A stretch of DNA of 64,000 nucleotides from Lingula anatina (GCA_051362555.1 CM120646.1:5890001-5954000); one strand, 5' to 3'. Shown: positions 14,701-27,787, counted from the stretch's first letter. The notes: generated by a model from the sequence alone, not told the origin. Made by a program: numbers and translations.

Positions 14701-17700
14701 AGAAGAAAACACAATTTTGGGTGCTGCTGCCATGATGACCATTATGGGAAAACCATGTTACTGATGATTGCCAAACGTTCAGAAAAGAAATACAGGACTA
14801 AAATGCAGCCTGAGTTGGAAAAGCAGTCTAATTGGCTTCTTTTTCTGGAAGTTATACATTTTCAAAGTGTGAACTTGAACTGCCATGGGCCTGAAGCCTT
14901 ATGCTTGTTACACATTTTACTTACATTGGTATTACCTGTTGAGCATAATTAAAATTTGATGTTGAATTTGCAGTTAAGCATAATGTACTTTTGCATCAGA
15001 ATTGACAGTAGCCTATTTTGTGCATAGTTATTTCCTGCTTTTTGTCTGTACATTTGACAGCTTTGCTGTCTTGTTCTCTGTTATAGTCCACCGAGAATTT
15101 GCGTATGGAATAGATTTCTCTACCCAGTTGGCCTGTGGTACAGAGTAGTTGCAAGCCTTGACTTACAGGATCTTGAGGCTTAACATATTTTTAAATTTCA
15201 TATTTGCAGATAAATTTTGGACTGGCGGAAATATATCGGGTATATTCAGCGGCGTTGGAGTCTTCATAGGACTCACCATTGCGATAGTGTGTGCTTGTCT
15301 TAGACGCTACTACATCGCCAAGCATGCCAACAGGCAGGGGGGCACTTGCATGGTTCCCCCTCAGACAAACATGGCGTATAGTTCTGCTACAGGTAGGGGC
15401 CCCTTCTCTCGGAACTCCTCGGCTGAGTTCGTTACTGCTATCCACTGCTATACTGCTTTAAGGGATAATAACTCTTTGTATAAGGTTTATATTTCACAAT
15501 AAAAACATTGTGAACTAGAGGATCAGAGAGGCGATACCGCCTCCGAATATTGTACCACCAGCTGGAGCAAGCGCATTCGTATAGACCCCCATATACACAA
15601 AATAAGGGACACAGCCACCAGTCTTATGCTTGACAAGCTGTAAAAATGCAATCAACAAGAATTTTCAAAATATGCAAAAAATATATATAACTTAAAATGG
15701 TACAATCAAAGTTAAGTTCATCGTAAGGTAGGTCAAAGGTCAATTTCAAGGTCACAGTAAATTGCCAGTATATGACTTCCTATTCAACTTCAATAGTAAC
15801 TATGGACCTATCTCGCTAGTTTTGGAAATAAAAGGGAACCAAAATTTGCAAAGTTCAATTCATGATAAAAAGTAGGTCAAAGGTAAATTTCAAGGTCACA
15901 TTAAGATTGCCAGTATATGACTTCCTATTCAAGTTCAATAGTAACTATGGACCTATCTCTGCCAGTTTTGGAGATAAAAGGGAACCAAAATTTGCAAAGT
16001 TCAATTCATGGTGAAAAGTAGGTCAAAGGTCAATTTCAAGGTCACAGTAAGATTGCCAGTATATGACTTCCTATTCAACTTCAATAGTAACTATGGACCT
16101 ATCTCTACCAGTTTTGGAGATATAAGCGACTAAATGTTATAATTTCGGAGTTACCTTAAGGTGCCATAAATTTCCTACAGAAAAAATTAATTAAAATAAA
16201 GAAAAGGTCATTTTGGTCAAAATTCTTGAAATGGGAGGTGCTCTGAAGTTCCAGAAGTTCAAAATTGATGAAATAATGTCATTTTTGACCACAAGTTGTC
16301 TGCTTTGCCAAGCCTTATGTTTTATTTTTCCAGAGTTCAAAATTTATTATCCATTACCGTACTGCACATTTTGCTTTCACCACCAATATGTACTTTTTGA
16401 TACAGCGTAACTCGAAAACCGTATGGAATACAAAAAAAACGGAGACCACCTTCTGTGTTGGGCTTTACATGCTCTACAAAATGCAAAAAAGAATGGGTCT
16501 CTAGCATTAACGGTTCCCGAATTAGAGACAGTTTTCAGTTTCGGTATCTTATGGCCGCTACACCCGTGAAAATGCACCGATTGACCCCAAATTCACACAG
16601 ATGAAAGATGAATTGAAGGGTAACATTTTCCAATAATATTATTGGTTAAGTCTGTGTGGTGTCTGAATAACAGCGCAAATAAATTTTTTTTCGTAAAAAA
16701 ATTCATTTTTTTGAAAATTTTTGCCCGTTTGACCTTGAAATAAAGGTCAAAGGTCAAATCCAAGGGCATATTTGAAATCTACACATATGACTTTTGGAAA
16801 GCCGTCTGTAGAAATTTTTCCCATAATTCCTTCCGTAGGGTAGATAATTAGCATTTAATTTTGTCATTTTTGGACAAGGGTGCATTGCAATGAGTGCCAC
16901 ACCTAGACCCCAATACCGACAAAGCCCAAATTTTACGTGGAACGAGTTGAGATTATAGGTGACCTAAATCCAAGAGATGGGTAAGGGGGCCCTTACCGTC
17001 TAGGAGGAGAAGCGTTAACGGTAGCCGTCCGGCGGAGCCGCAGGAGCCGGCGGAGCCGGCGGAACGATCCGGACGGGACTAAAACCATGTGTACCGCCAG
17101 CGCCTACGCTGGTGGTACAATAACTCACAGAAATATAATATATTCTGTTTTACCACAAAAACGACAGTTATAGCTATTATTCTAATATCTGAGCTGGTCT
17201 TCAGACCACGTGACCTCCACTGATGGCTATACTCTGTTATAATCTCTCAAGAGATTTTAACAAAAAAAAAAAAAAAAAAAAAACTTTTTAGAAAAAAAAA
17301 GGGACTAACTTTGAATGTAAAAATGGATTCATTAACCATTGGTAAGTATGGGAAAATTGTTGTTTACTCCAGGAAAATTCTTTTTTTTTTTTTTTGGCCA
17401 AAACAAAGAATTATTATCCCTTTAACACAATCTAATAAGATGCGCATGCACACTGAACTGACACTGATTGATAGCATGTTATTAAATGGCAAAAAAAGCG
17501 TTAAGCATTATATATAACATACATTGAATTTGTTTAAGAATTTGAACAATTAATTTCTCTTTTATTGCCCATATAAATGTTTTTAAAATCTGTTCACAAG
17601 TGCTGATTTTTAAATTTTATTCATAAGGAGATAAAGACTTCGGAATTATTTGCGTGGCACTAAATTGAGAAATATAAGGAAAATATATTTTTTACGTTCT

Positions 17701-17903
17701 TCTATGTCCATTTAGGTCAAGTAAACGCGGGTTATGGACCTCCACCGTCATATGGCGAGTTGACAGGCCAAGAACAAGAAAATCAAGGAGCAAAACCGTT
17801 GTATGCGAACCCGAAGTTCCAGAACGTGTCGTATCCCCGTCAACAGTGTGTGCCTTACGTGTACTCCCAGCCGCCACAAGCTCAGCCGAACCCTCCTTCC
17901 TAG
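10020..17903 (+). CDS. CUB-like domain type-I membrane protein A, 283 aa. Exons 10020-10101, 10737-10827, 11293-11440, 12054-12213, 15210-15392, 17716-17903
   Basis: Signal MMSDTSLYVCILAWMCGVLLHGAHG; 4-Cys CUB-like domain (YDCGK..RCVMYF..VRVEF..LPC..VYD..LSC..SRYLTVEL..DFDM); TM GIFSGVGVFIGLTIAIVCACL; tail GYGPPPSYGEL; 852 nt in frame. Confidence 0.85.
11634..11714. repeat. (AT)n microsatellite
   Basis: Directly visible. Confidence 0.95.
12771..12985. mobile_element. MITE-like element, family 1, copy b (inverted relative to copy a)
   Basis: Reverse-complement similarity to 7694-7918. Confidence 0.7.
12997..15076 (+). mobile_element. Non-autonomous Helentron-type (HINE/DINE-1-like) element with internal tandem repeats
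   Basis: 5' T-run plus palindrome TGTACAGACACA-GA-TGTGTCTGTACA; (CGTCGC)n microsatellite; internal duplications of about 410 bp and 340 bp; 3' subterminal TGTCTGTACA and hairpin GACAGC-TTT-GCTGTC followed by TTGTT. Confidence 0.75.
15458..17425. mobile_element. TTAA-flanked MITE (family 2) split by a HINE insertion; arms at about 15458-15512 and 17124-17425
   Basis: Termini TTAAGGGATAATAA and TTATTATCCCTTTAA; the joined arms align with the intact copy at 41235-41549. Confidence 0.7.
15512..17123 (-). mobile_element. Second HINE-like element with about 3 internal repeats of 145 bp
   Basis: Hairpin GAGGCG-ATAC-CGCCTC; subterminal inverted repeats ATTGTACCACCAGC (15549) and GCTGGTGGTACAAT (17108); (GGAGCCGGC)-type microsatellite at about 17030-17065; GGTCAAAGGT-containing 145-bp units at about 15731, 15876 and 16021. 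Confidence 0.75.
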
Positions 17904-18606
17904 TCTCCCCTCCCTCTCTCTCTCCCTCCCTCCATCATTATCTGCCCTCCTAATATTCAAGATGAGTATTATGAAGAGACACACTATTTTCAAGACCGGA
18001 AGAGGTTAAAATTCATGGGTCAAATCAAAGAAAGTTTTGTGACTTGACGCTAAAACGAAAACGCGTTGGCACCATGAGTTTGAAGCAAAACGGCAACTTT
18101 GCTTTGCAGTAACTGCGATTACAAGAAAGGCTAACGGCACTACTGTTTCTGTACATAAAAAACAATATCGGAATTATAGAAAAGGAACCAGCATTATGTT
18201 ACTTGATTATACAGTGTTAAATGCTGAGTTAAAGACTCACTCATATTTTAACTTCAGTTTTATAAAGGAAATAGATATTCGATAATCACATACATTAGCT
18301 CCAAATGACAGAGAAGTTTGTTCTGGCACTGAAAATGTGAAAATCGGTAAGTGGTTTGGGATGCACTGAATAGAATGAAGAGGATAGGCAAATGTTTCAA
18401 AATCTGTTTTTCTATACAATTTATATTGAATCATTTTTGGTCGAATTTAACAATTGTCCCAACGGCAATTGCAATAAGACTTTATTTGAAACTTTTTTAA
18501 AACGACAGTGACTGTGCTGAATTACGTATCACACAGAACTCTTTTACTGAGACCATCTCCACACTTTCTGAGCGCAACTGATATCATTTTATTTTGAGCC
18601 AGGTTA

Positions 18607-18722
18607 TTAAAGGGATAACAACTGTTCGTTTTGACCAAAAATGGATTTTCCTGGGTAAACGATGATTTTTCCATACTTACCAATGGTTAATAAATCCACT
18701 CCGACATTCAAATGAAGTCCAG
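18607..18722. mobile_element. Truncated family-2 TTAA MITE
   Basis: TTAAAGGGATAACAAC...GGATTTTCCTGGGTAAACGATGATTTTCCCATAC-like sequence, as in the copies at 28998 and 41235. Confidence 0.6.
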
Positions 18723-20039
18723 TTTACAATGTAGGCCTATTTATTGCGAAATAAGAATCTCATACGAACAGTTGCTATCTCTTTTAGTAGAAAAAGAAAC
18801 TTTTTTGCGTCTAAATGCTTCAGGTAAATCACAAAAACAAAAATGTTAAAAATTATTTTGTTTTTTTTAAATCTCAAAGCAGTATTTTTGTACATAAATA
18901 AATATAATACTTTAGATGAGCTCGATATCCAAGTGGTATGAAATGGACAAAATCTGTCACGCCACATCGAGCGTTGCACAAATTGACTACCTCAGCAAAG
19001 TTTGTCTATTTACATATGTGTTGCCGTAATTACCAGAGTTGTCCTAGTTAAGGATATGGTATCAGTGCGAGTCTAATAACGAGCACTTATAGACAAAACT
19101 TGCTTTGGACAAGTTGTTTACCAACGTGGCCTGTAATAATATTTTCTTAATATCATGACCACTTCTGTGGAACCATATTTGTTATGTAAAGGCTGTTCAA
19201 TTATTCGGCCATGTGTTATTATCATTGTTATTTTTTGTCATTTCATTAATCACCAGTGCATTTTTAGACATGTATCTTTTTATATAGATATTTGGATCAT
19301 GCACCTAATCTTTCATTTATCACATATTTAAATGGAAACAACCAGAACTTAAATATTTACAGAGGATGAAGTATTCTTTATAATACGCGGAATTAATAAA
19401 ACGTTTTTTAACGTAGACTATTCGTTATTATTTGTATAGAGGGATTTACTGTATGATTGGAATATGAGGAATGGAAGTCAGGGGAGGACCCCACCACCAA
19501 AATAAAGAAAGCTAAAGGGGGGTTTGGTTTGTCAGCCAACAATATCAAAAGTGGTAAATTTAAGCATATTTGAAATGATTTCTATATTTCTATATTTCTT
19601 ACTCGGGGGGCTGAACTGTTCCTTCGGTCTTCTTTCTGGCTAGCAAGATAGTTGTTTGATAAATGGATATAAAAGAAAAAATTAATGAAGTTTCTTGGCG
19701 TCTTCCTGTGCCATTCACAGTCTATCGATATCACAAAATGCCCGGCAAAATATAAATTCGGTCAAGTAGGATTAATGTTATGACCTGAATCGACTTGGGT
19801 CAATCATGTTAACATAGCTCCTCCAAAGGTAGACATGGGACAATCAAGTGGTATAATAATTAACGTCATCTAATTAAAACACCGCAAAATAAAATCTTTC
19901 TGCGGGTAAATAAATTTACAAATTTTTATATCTATAAATTGACTCCACTTAATATCCAATACTATTGTGCTAATGATATCAGTAGGTGAAGGACAGTAGA
20001 AACACACTTTAAACTGCGCACTTTTCATTACACCGCTTT

Positions 20040-20275
20040 AGCACACAGGTGCCATACGTTGCCAAGCGTTACAGATAAGCGACATAATTTAAGGTCATGA
20101 GCCTTTTATAATATCGGTCCGCTCAAAGTCCGCCATTTTAACTAAGTCGATCAACATTGTAATCAGATACGTACTAGTAGTCATATTGTCAGGTAATATT
20201 CATCGCCACCTAAGCATTTTTTCCTCTTGAAAGGAGGGATTAAAGAAAGGTCGGATTACTGAAAACAGGTTAGTG
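20040..20275 (+). promoter_or_regulatory. Promoter and non-coding exon 1 of CUB-TM gene B
   Basis: ACACAGGTG, TTTTATAAT, CGCCATTTTAA, donor AAACAG|GTTAGT; paralogous to 8740-8966. Confidence 0.6.
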
Positions 20276-20417
20276 GCAGCTACTAGTAGTGTTTCACAAT
20301 ATTATATCACAGTGTAGATGTACATTTTGTTTTTGAGGGAAGGGGGAGATATGTGGGGCATACATTTTAGCTTGTGTTCGTCATCTGTAAGTAACTTTTC
20401 TGTTAGCCTCCCCCTCC

Positions 20418-20453
<36 letters not shown>

Positions 20454-21006
20454 GTGTGTTTGTGTACGTGTTCGGGGGGTGGGGTGGGGGTGGGGGGGGA
20501 AGTGGTAGAGGAGATGCCGCCCAAAAGATGAATCATTATATATTTCTTAATATAATGCTCGATATAACATTTATCTAAGCGATAACGAGTTTGAAATTTA
20601 TTTCTGTTTAATCTGGGCCACTCACGTGTGACCTAGGACACAGTCATCTTCACTGCACACCCTTAATACAACATGGTGACACAGGCATGGGTATGGAAAG
20701 GAAAGAAAGGAATGTTCTGCGCCTTTTTCTATTAGTAAAAAACAATGTTATCATAATGTTATCAGCGTTTGGCCGCCATCATCTGTGTTTGTACTGCAAA
20801 CCCTTTTAAAATCCAATGTACATTTAGTACGTTTAATAATTGAAAAAGTATAGCTGTGTGTGCTTTCACGATCTAACTTTTTCACACTGTACTATGTAGG
20901 ACAGAATTTTGTTAAAACCAGCATATGCTTGCCTGGATTTCTTTAGATTGAAGCTATTGAATTTTTTTTATAGGTCGAAAAGAAGTGCCCTTTTTGAGGA
21001 CACAAA

Positions 21007-22204
21007 ATGACGGGTATCAATGTTTCCCTGTGCCTGATAGCATGCCTGTTTGGAGTGCTGATGCTTGAAATTGAAGGCAGTACTTGTAAGTATATATAAT
21101 ATTAACTACGATACAGCCTTACATGCTAGAACTCTAACTTCATTAATATTGTAAATGCAACATTGCATTTATTGACAAATTTTGATCATTTTAGAAGCAC
21201 GAAAAGACTTAAGACCGCATTCACAACGATTTGAGCCAGGCTTTACAAATCCTGAGACTAAATATGGCGGACGTACATGAAAGGAAAACCGCCTAATCTT
21301 TTAATAGTCTCTCCGCCTCTCACACGCCTCCCCACACGTCGTCCCTGCGGGGTACAGTCATTAAATCTCGGCTCCGTTCGCCATGTGGAAGCTCCTCTGA
21401 GCGTCCGACGGCGTCCTGGCCAGTGTCATGGTCGCACAAAGGACGCAGAAAGGACGCCTTCCAGTGTAAAGGGGGTTTTAGATAACAGTGTTAAAAAGAG
21501 TTGAAAAAGCTTTCTGTTGCACTAAATGGGAATGTTTCATTTTCAACGCGGGGGTGAGGGTGGGGGTCGTATTTGCTTCTAAAAGACAAACACATTTATC
21601 AAAAAGTGATGCATTCATTATATAGTAAAAATGTTGCTTTTTTTCTACATGTTCCCTGTGTGTCCACATAATTGGATTTTGAAAATCTGTATTGTTCGAA
21701 AAAAAGCTGTTGATGTTATCTTTTTTATATTTTTTTTCCAGATTACACAGCCGACTCCTACGACTGCGGGGAATCCCATTACGTTTACACATACTCCTCA
21801 ACCACGTTGAAAGCTTGGCAGCTGCTGTCAGACAGGTGAATATATTGGAGGTGTTTCTAAAGCCCCCTTTACATTGGACGGCGTCCATTCTGCGTCCCGT
21901 AGTACAGCTCCGTTTGAGAGTCAAAAATTTTTAAAAAATCTTTAAGTGCCGACAACTTGTCTTTCTACGACCACAGCTATGCCGGTTTCATGGTTGCACA
22001 AAGGACGGAGAAAGGACGCCGTCCGGTGTAAATGGGTTTTACTCGCTTGAAAGACGAATAAGACACGCTCAAAATCGTCATGGTTTAAACCGTTCATCGT
22101 CGTATGACAACGTGTTTACCCAAATAAATTAAAAAAAAATGCTTGTAGGTGATTCTTCATATACATATATGAGATTAATTTATATGGATACTTTTGCGTC
22201 ATTT

Positions 22205-22239
<35 letters not shown>

Positions 22240-22584
22240 TTTTTTATGATTTAGGAATTACCCACCGTCTTCCTGCACCATGTACTTTGATACTGGGATA
22301 GAAGGAGATGTGGTTCGCGTGTCATTCATCAATGTCCGTTTGCCGTGTTTCTCTTCCGCCAAGTTACATTTCTACGATGGCTATGGGACCTATGTTAACA
22401 AGGTAAAACCATATCGTTTTTAACATATGAAGCAGTATCCGTCTTTCACACTGTCAATTTTATCCCTGGCCGAAAGGAGTTTTTGAGTTTGTCAATGTGC
22501 CAATAACCGCGAGCCCAGTGAGTGAAAAAAGAAAAGTCTTGCTTGTTGGACTTTCATCTTTTCGAACACAGTCATTGTCAACGT

Positions 22585-22650
<66 letters not shown>

Positions 22651-24386
22651 AATATTACCATGTACTATATTTTTATAGATATGTTAGAGAAGATAAAGGC
22701 ATATTCAAGCCCTCTTTTGTTAATCAATAGCAAAGCTTCCCCCGTGTATCACATTACTTATTCGTCTGTATGTACATGTACTTCAACATCAGTACATACC
22801 TTCTCCTGTTCCTGGTCACTGTTAATGCATAAGCAAAGGTGATTTTCTTTTCACGTGCGATTTTATGATTTTCTTTTCACAGTTGAAAACATTATCTTGC
22901 ACCAGTGTAACACCGCAAGACTTCCGCAGCTCTGGACGCTATCTCACAGTTAAACTCGAATCAAGTTCTTCCGAAAGCAACTACGACTTTGAGATCGATT
23001 TATGGGAGGAGGATGGTGGTAAGCCTGGCCAGACAAATGGTGGTAATTTCTGTGACATCTAAAGATATTCTTCAATGCTTAAGCTGGTTTAGAGATTTAG
23101 AGCGATAATTGGTAGTATATACTTACATGGACTAATGCAGATTCATCTTGGATTTAATAACGCCATTATTTTCGTCGCAAAGTTAAGAACACATTTTACA
23201 AGATTTTGTGGACTTTTGCCTCCAACACTCTTGTAATTTCGCCAAGCGACCTCTAGGACAAGGAGGCTAAAAAGGGAAACGGTTCTAGTCATGCTTAATC
23301 TGATACTGAGATGAAAAAGTGCGATTTATACTATATGGTACTTTCTTTTTGGAAGGAGGGGGAGGTGGGAAGCTCTCGTCTTCATTATAAGAATTAACGC
23401 AACTGTTGACAAAGTCTGGAACAGGAGTGAATACGTCCGATTTTATGATTTTTTTTCTAGCCAACCCTAAGTAGACGTGAAGGGTGACGGTCGGATGGTG
23501 GGTGAGCGGGGGGTTGCCTGAATCTGAAGTTTTTTTTAGTGTAGTAGGCCTAATTTACTCATGATGATGAACTTTATTATATTTCCAGGATCAGCCCTAT
23601 CTATCGGAATCATACTTGGCATCGTTGGCGGTGTATTTTTCATCTTTGCTCTTCTGTTTACGGCGATGGGGCTGCTTTGTCGACGCTACGCCACGAACCG
23701 ATCTGGAAGGGGTATCACAGTCATGAGGCCAGTGGTGGCAAACGTGCCACAATATCCACCCTCTGGTAGGTCACCTTGCATTCGTGACTCTTCGGCCATT
23801 TATGATTTCAATTTCAGGTCATCGTTTGGAGAATTGTTGGGGGATGGCAGAGTGTTTTCCTTTCTACCAAAAAACGGCTTATATAAAATTGTGTTGCCTT
23901 CTACCACTTAAAAAACTTCTTTTCAAGTTTATCTCTTCATGTTTTGTTTGAATCGTATTTTTTATTGGAATTGGTTTATCATGTGGTATTTGTAAAAAGG
24001 TCTACGAGTGTAACAGTGAAAACTAGAATATCACCTAAAAGCAATTGGAACCATCTGATAGTTACGATTCACGATGTGAGCAATAACGAGTATGTTTTCA
24101 TTTTATCAAAACTTTTTTATAATTAGGTCAAATAAATCCGGGATTCGGACCTCCACCCGCGTACAGTGAAGTGACTAGTCCAGCGCCATCTGGAGGCCAG
24201 GCTAATCCTGGATTACAACCTCCGCCAGGGGGTTCTCAAGTACAACAAGGAGACACGACGAGACCTTATCCTCAGCAGCAGTTTTACGCTCCTTACCCTC
24301 AGCAACAGAGCGTGCCCTATCCCCAGCAGCCTAACGATCCGCCGAACCTCGAGCAGCCGAAAAATCCGCTTTTGCCCCAGCAGTAG
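21007..24386 (+). CDS. CUB-like domain type-I membrane protein B, 297 aa. Exons 21007-21085, 21742-21835, 22255-22402, 22883-23018, 23589-23765, 24127-24386
   Basis: Signal MTGINVSLCLIACLFGVLMLEIEG; YDCGE..SCTMYF..VRVSF..LPC..FYDG..LSC..GRYLTVKL..DFEI; TM IGIILGIVGGVFFIFALLFTAMGLL; tail GFGPPPAYSEV plus Pro/Gln/Tyr-rich PYPQQ repeats; 894 nt in frame. Confidence 0.88.
21860..22040. mobile_element. MITE, family 3, in gene B intron; related copy at about 21210-21478
   Basis: Imperfect TIRs CCCTTTACATTGGACGGCGTCC and GGACGCCGTCCGGTGTAAATGGG; right end shared with 21420-21478. Confidence 0.65.
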
Positions 24387-24859
24387 ACCGCCCCATTACG
24401 GACAGACCTTCGACATTCACACTCCTCATTCCAAAGAATCAAATAATTACAACATTACTGATTTCATTGATACGTTATTTTGATCTGCTAAGCATTTTTT
24501 TTTGCATTCTGAGGAGAAATATCATCGTTTTTTGTTTAACTGATTCTTACAGACTAGATTGTCGAAGGCAGAATGTCGTTAATTGCTGCAAACCTGATAG
24601 CATTATTTAGCCCAAAACTTTCAATTTCTTTGCTTAAAACAATAATTATTATATCTGATATACCACATCTTACTAGCAAATAATATTTGTTTGCGCAAGT
24701 TCATGACAAAAGTTACAAACATAAAAAGTAGTGAAATCAGTAACGAACTGTGATTTTTAATGTATGGTTATTCTAGAATTACTATTACACGAGTTCCGGG
24801 CCTGCAAGTTCAACCCGGTGGTCCACACATGTATAGCATTCTATAGAACTCTTCCATGT

Positions 24860-25252
24860 GTTTTTATAATTCTATAATAGACTTTATTTTAATATTACAA
24901 TATTTGGTGAACTTACTGATGTCCATTAATTAACTTTACCTCAATAACGGACTTTATTTAAATATTGCAATATTTGGTAAATTAAGCTATATCTATTAAC
25001 TTATAATTCTATAATGGAGTTTATTTTAATATTAAAATATCTGGTAAACTCACCGATGTCCATTCACTGTACTTCTATAAAGGGCTTTATCTTAAAATTA
25101 CAATATTTGGTGTCCATTAACTGTAATTCTATAATGGAGTTTATTTTAATATTAAAATACCTGGTAATCTCACCGATGTTCATTTACTGTACTTCTATAA
25201 AGGACTTTTATCTTAAAATTACAATATTTGTCATATTTACCAAGATCCATTG
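24860..25252. repeat. Degenerate AT-rich minisatellite (about 60 bp sub-units, about 120 bp dimers)
   Basis: Recurring ATTCTATAATGGAGTTTATTTTAATATTAAAATA and CTTAAAATTACAATATTTG. Confidence 0.7.
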
Positions 25253-25899
25253 ACCTGGGGTCTTCAGTTTCGTTTGCAGTCCAGAAAATAATTGTATTGA
25301 TTCTCAGTCAGCATGACAACTCTGGGCCGACAGCGAGCGAAAACGAGGTTTAAAGATGCAATTGAAGCCAATTTTTTTTTTGCCACAAAAACCGATCAAA
25401 AGCCAAGCCAACATATAATTTCAGTAGTATAATTTTGGAAATACCAAAGGAAATCTTTTCATATTATCTGGAAAAAATTAAATTTGAACGGATGTTTTCT
25501 ACCCACTTTCAAAGCAGAATATAACAGGGAGCAGAAGGGTTTCCTTATATACATAACCTATAATTAACTTTCCTACGATTTCAAATGCATTTGTCGTATC
25601 ATCTTTACTGTGCCACATGGAGTATTTCCTGCATCAAGGGCTGCTAGGGGTCCCTAGGAGCGACATATAACATTAAAAATAAACATAGAATGCCCTTATA
25701 ATATACCCAGTAGCTAGACAAAATAAACGTCGTTTTTTTTAGCAAAATCTGATGGTTTTAGCTTTTAATTATATAATACATATTTTCAACCAAATAATTT
25801 CACGGGCCATATAACAGAAAAGGCCAACTCAAAAACCTCAGCCTGGCCTGTAAGTTTCCTAGGAAGAAAGCAGAGACGGACAAAGGTCCTTGTGCCTTA

Positions 25900-26655
25900 T
25901 GCCCCTATTTCACACAGACCACGAATCCCAGGAATCGCCAGGAATTGAAAAATTTCAGGATTCGTGAGGATTCGTGAGATTTTGCCAATTTTCTGGTCTA
26001 ATTCGACACGCTCTACGATTCAGTTACGATACAGGTGCGATAGTGTTACGAATATTCGTGGGATTCGGCTGGAATCTCACGAATATTGTTCAGAAATTCA
26101 CTACGATTTTTCGGAATCGGGAGTTCGTGGCCAAAATTTTGAACAGCTCAAAATTTTTGCCATGAATTCCCGATTCATCAAGAATTGCAAGAACTGACTA
26201 CGATTATATACGAATCTGTTAAAAACTTCACGAACTGATTTCGATTCAACCACGAATCCTGAAATTTGTCAATTCATGGCCATTCGTGGGATTCGTGGTC
26301 TGTGTGAAATAGGGGCATCAAAGTTTTTGCCACTAATTCCTGTTGGTCAAGATGTGCAAGAACTGACTACGAATATATACGAATCTGTTTAGAACTTCAC
26401 GAACTGATTACGATTCAACCACGAATCCTGAAATTTGTCAATTCATGGCCATTCGTGGGATTCGTGGTCTGTGTGAAATAGGGGCATCAAAGGTTTTGCC
26501 ACTAATTCCTGTTGGTCAAGATGTGCAAGAACTGACTACGAATATATACGAATCTGTTTAGAACTTCACGAACTGATTACGATTCAACCACGAATCCTGA
26601 AATTTGTCAATTCATGGTCATTCGTGGGATTCGTGGTCTGTGTGAAATAGGGGCA
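25900..26655 (+). mobile_element. PIF/Harbinger (Tourist-like) MITE with a triplicated right end
   Basis: TIR TGCCCCTATTTCACACAGACCACGAATCCCA; right TIR repeated three times (ending at about 26317, 26486 and 26655); TTA target duplication at 25897-25899 and 26656-26658. Confidence 0.85.
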
Positions 26656-26761
26656 TTAACCATCTAAAGGAAAACACAGGGATTAGCACTCAAGGGAAAG
26701 AATGGAATGCTGAAAATGACATCATAAGTCGTCGGGGTTCGTATCGACCATGGCACCATAC

Positions 26762-26803
<42 letters not shown>

Positions 26804-27787
26804 AAAAAAATATATATACAGGTATATACTCCAATTGAAGTAAATTCTGCAACATATTTACCTGTCTTGTGACTCATAGCTTCAATTTTCCTGTTTGTAT
26901 AAAGAAATGGACGGTGAGCTGAATGTAATTAATTGTATTTCCGACTTTATATTCGATTTTATATTTTGCCTTTACAACCGTAAATACTTGAACCGAAAAT
27001 AGCCCCACTAACGCCACCGTACAACAACAACATAACAAAGGGACCCAGTGCTTGCACTTGTTACAAACTATGTCTGTCTGTCTGTCTGCCTGGTGACGTC
27101 AGATAGGCTGCTTCCGGTTTATATTAGTCCAGTTGTGAACATGTCTCAGGGCAGCGTTATGGGCTGCATATCTTAGATATATGACGTTCAAGTTTACAAT
27201 ATGAACGTGTTTGTTTGAACTTCAAGATAACAGCGGTCTGTGTGCCCTTCTCGTTTCTGTAATGCAATCTATTGCAAACAAGAATCAGAGAGGGTAAGAT
27301 CATTTCTGTTGTCATCATTTCATATGACGGGGTGTAATTGTGTCCTTGTTTGATAGTAATTCCTTGGAATTGAGGTACACCAATTGAGGGATGCCGGTCT
27401 GTTTATCAGACCTGTAGCCAACAGTTTTAAAGATGATAAATCATAGTGTTGGATCTTCCTTTGAAAAGTCATTCTCCTTGTTCCCGTACCGGTAGTTGGC
27501 CCAACTTTTGAAATGTCATACACTCTACTTAGTTCAGTTTTGATTTAGAGCTCGAGCGTACTTTCCCCGTCCAAAAGGGAATTTCTTTAATGTACATAGA
27601 CTAAGGCATGGGTATTCTTCCGTTTCATTATTATACATTGGAATAATATTCATGTAAGTTTTATAAGGTTAAACACAATACCATAGACTGGACATTAAAG
27701 CGTAAAACTAGATTATACTACTTGTACATGTAGTATTTGTTTGTTGACCAAGAGGCACACAATTACATTTGGTTTCATTGCCCCAAT

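Noticed and set aside
25964-26197. ORFs inside the Harbinger-type element
   Set aside because: They are short and have no transposase or Myb motifs; the element is non-autonomous.
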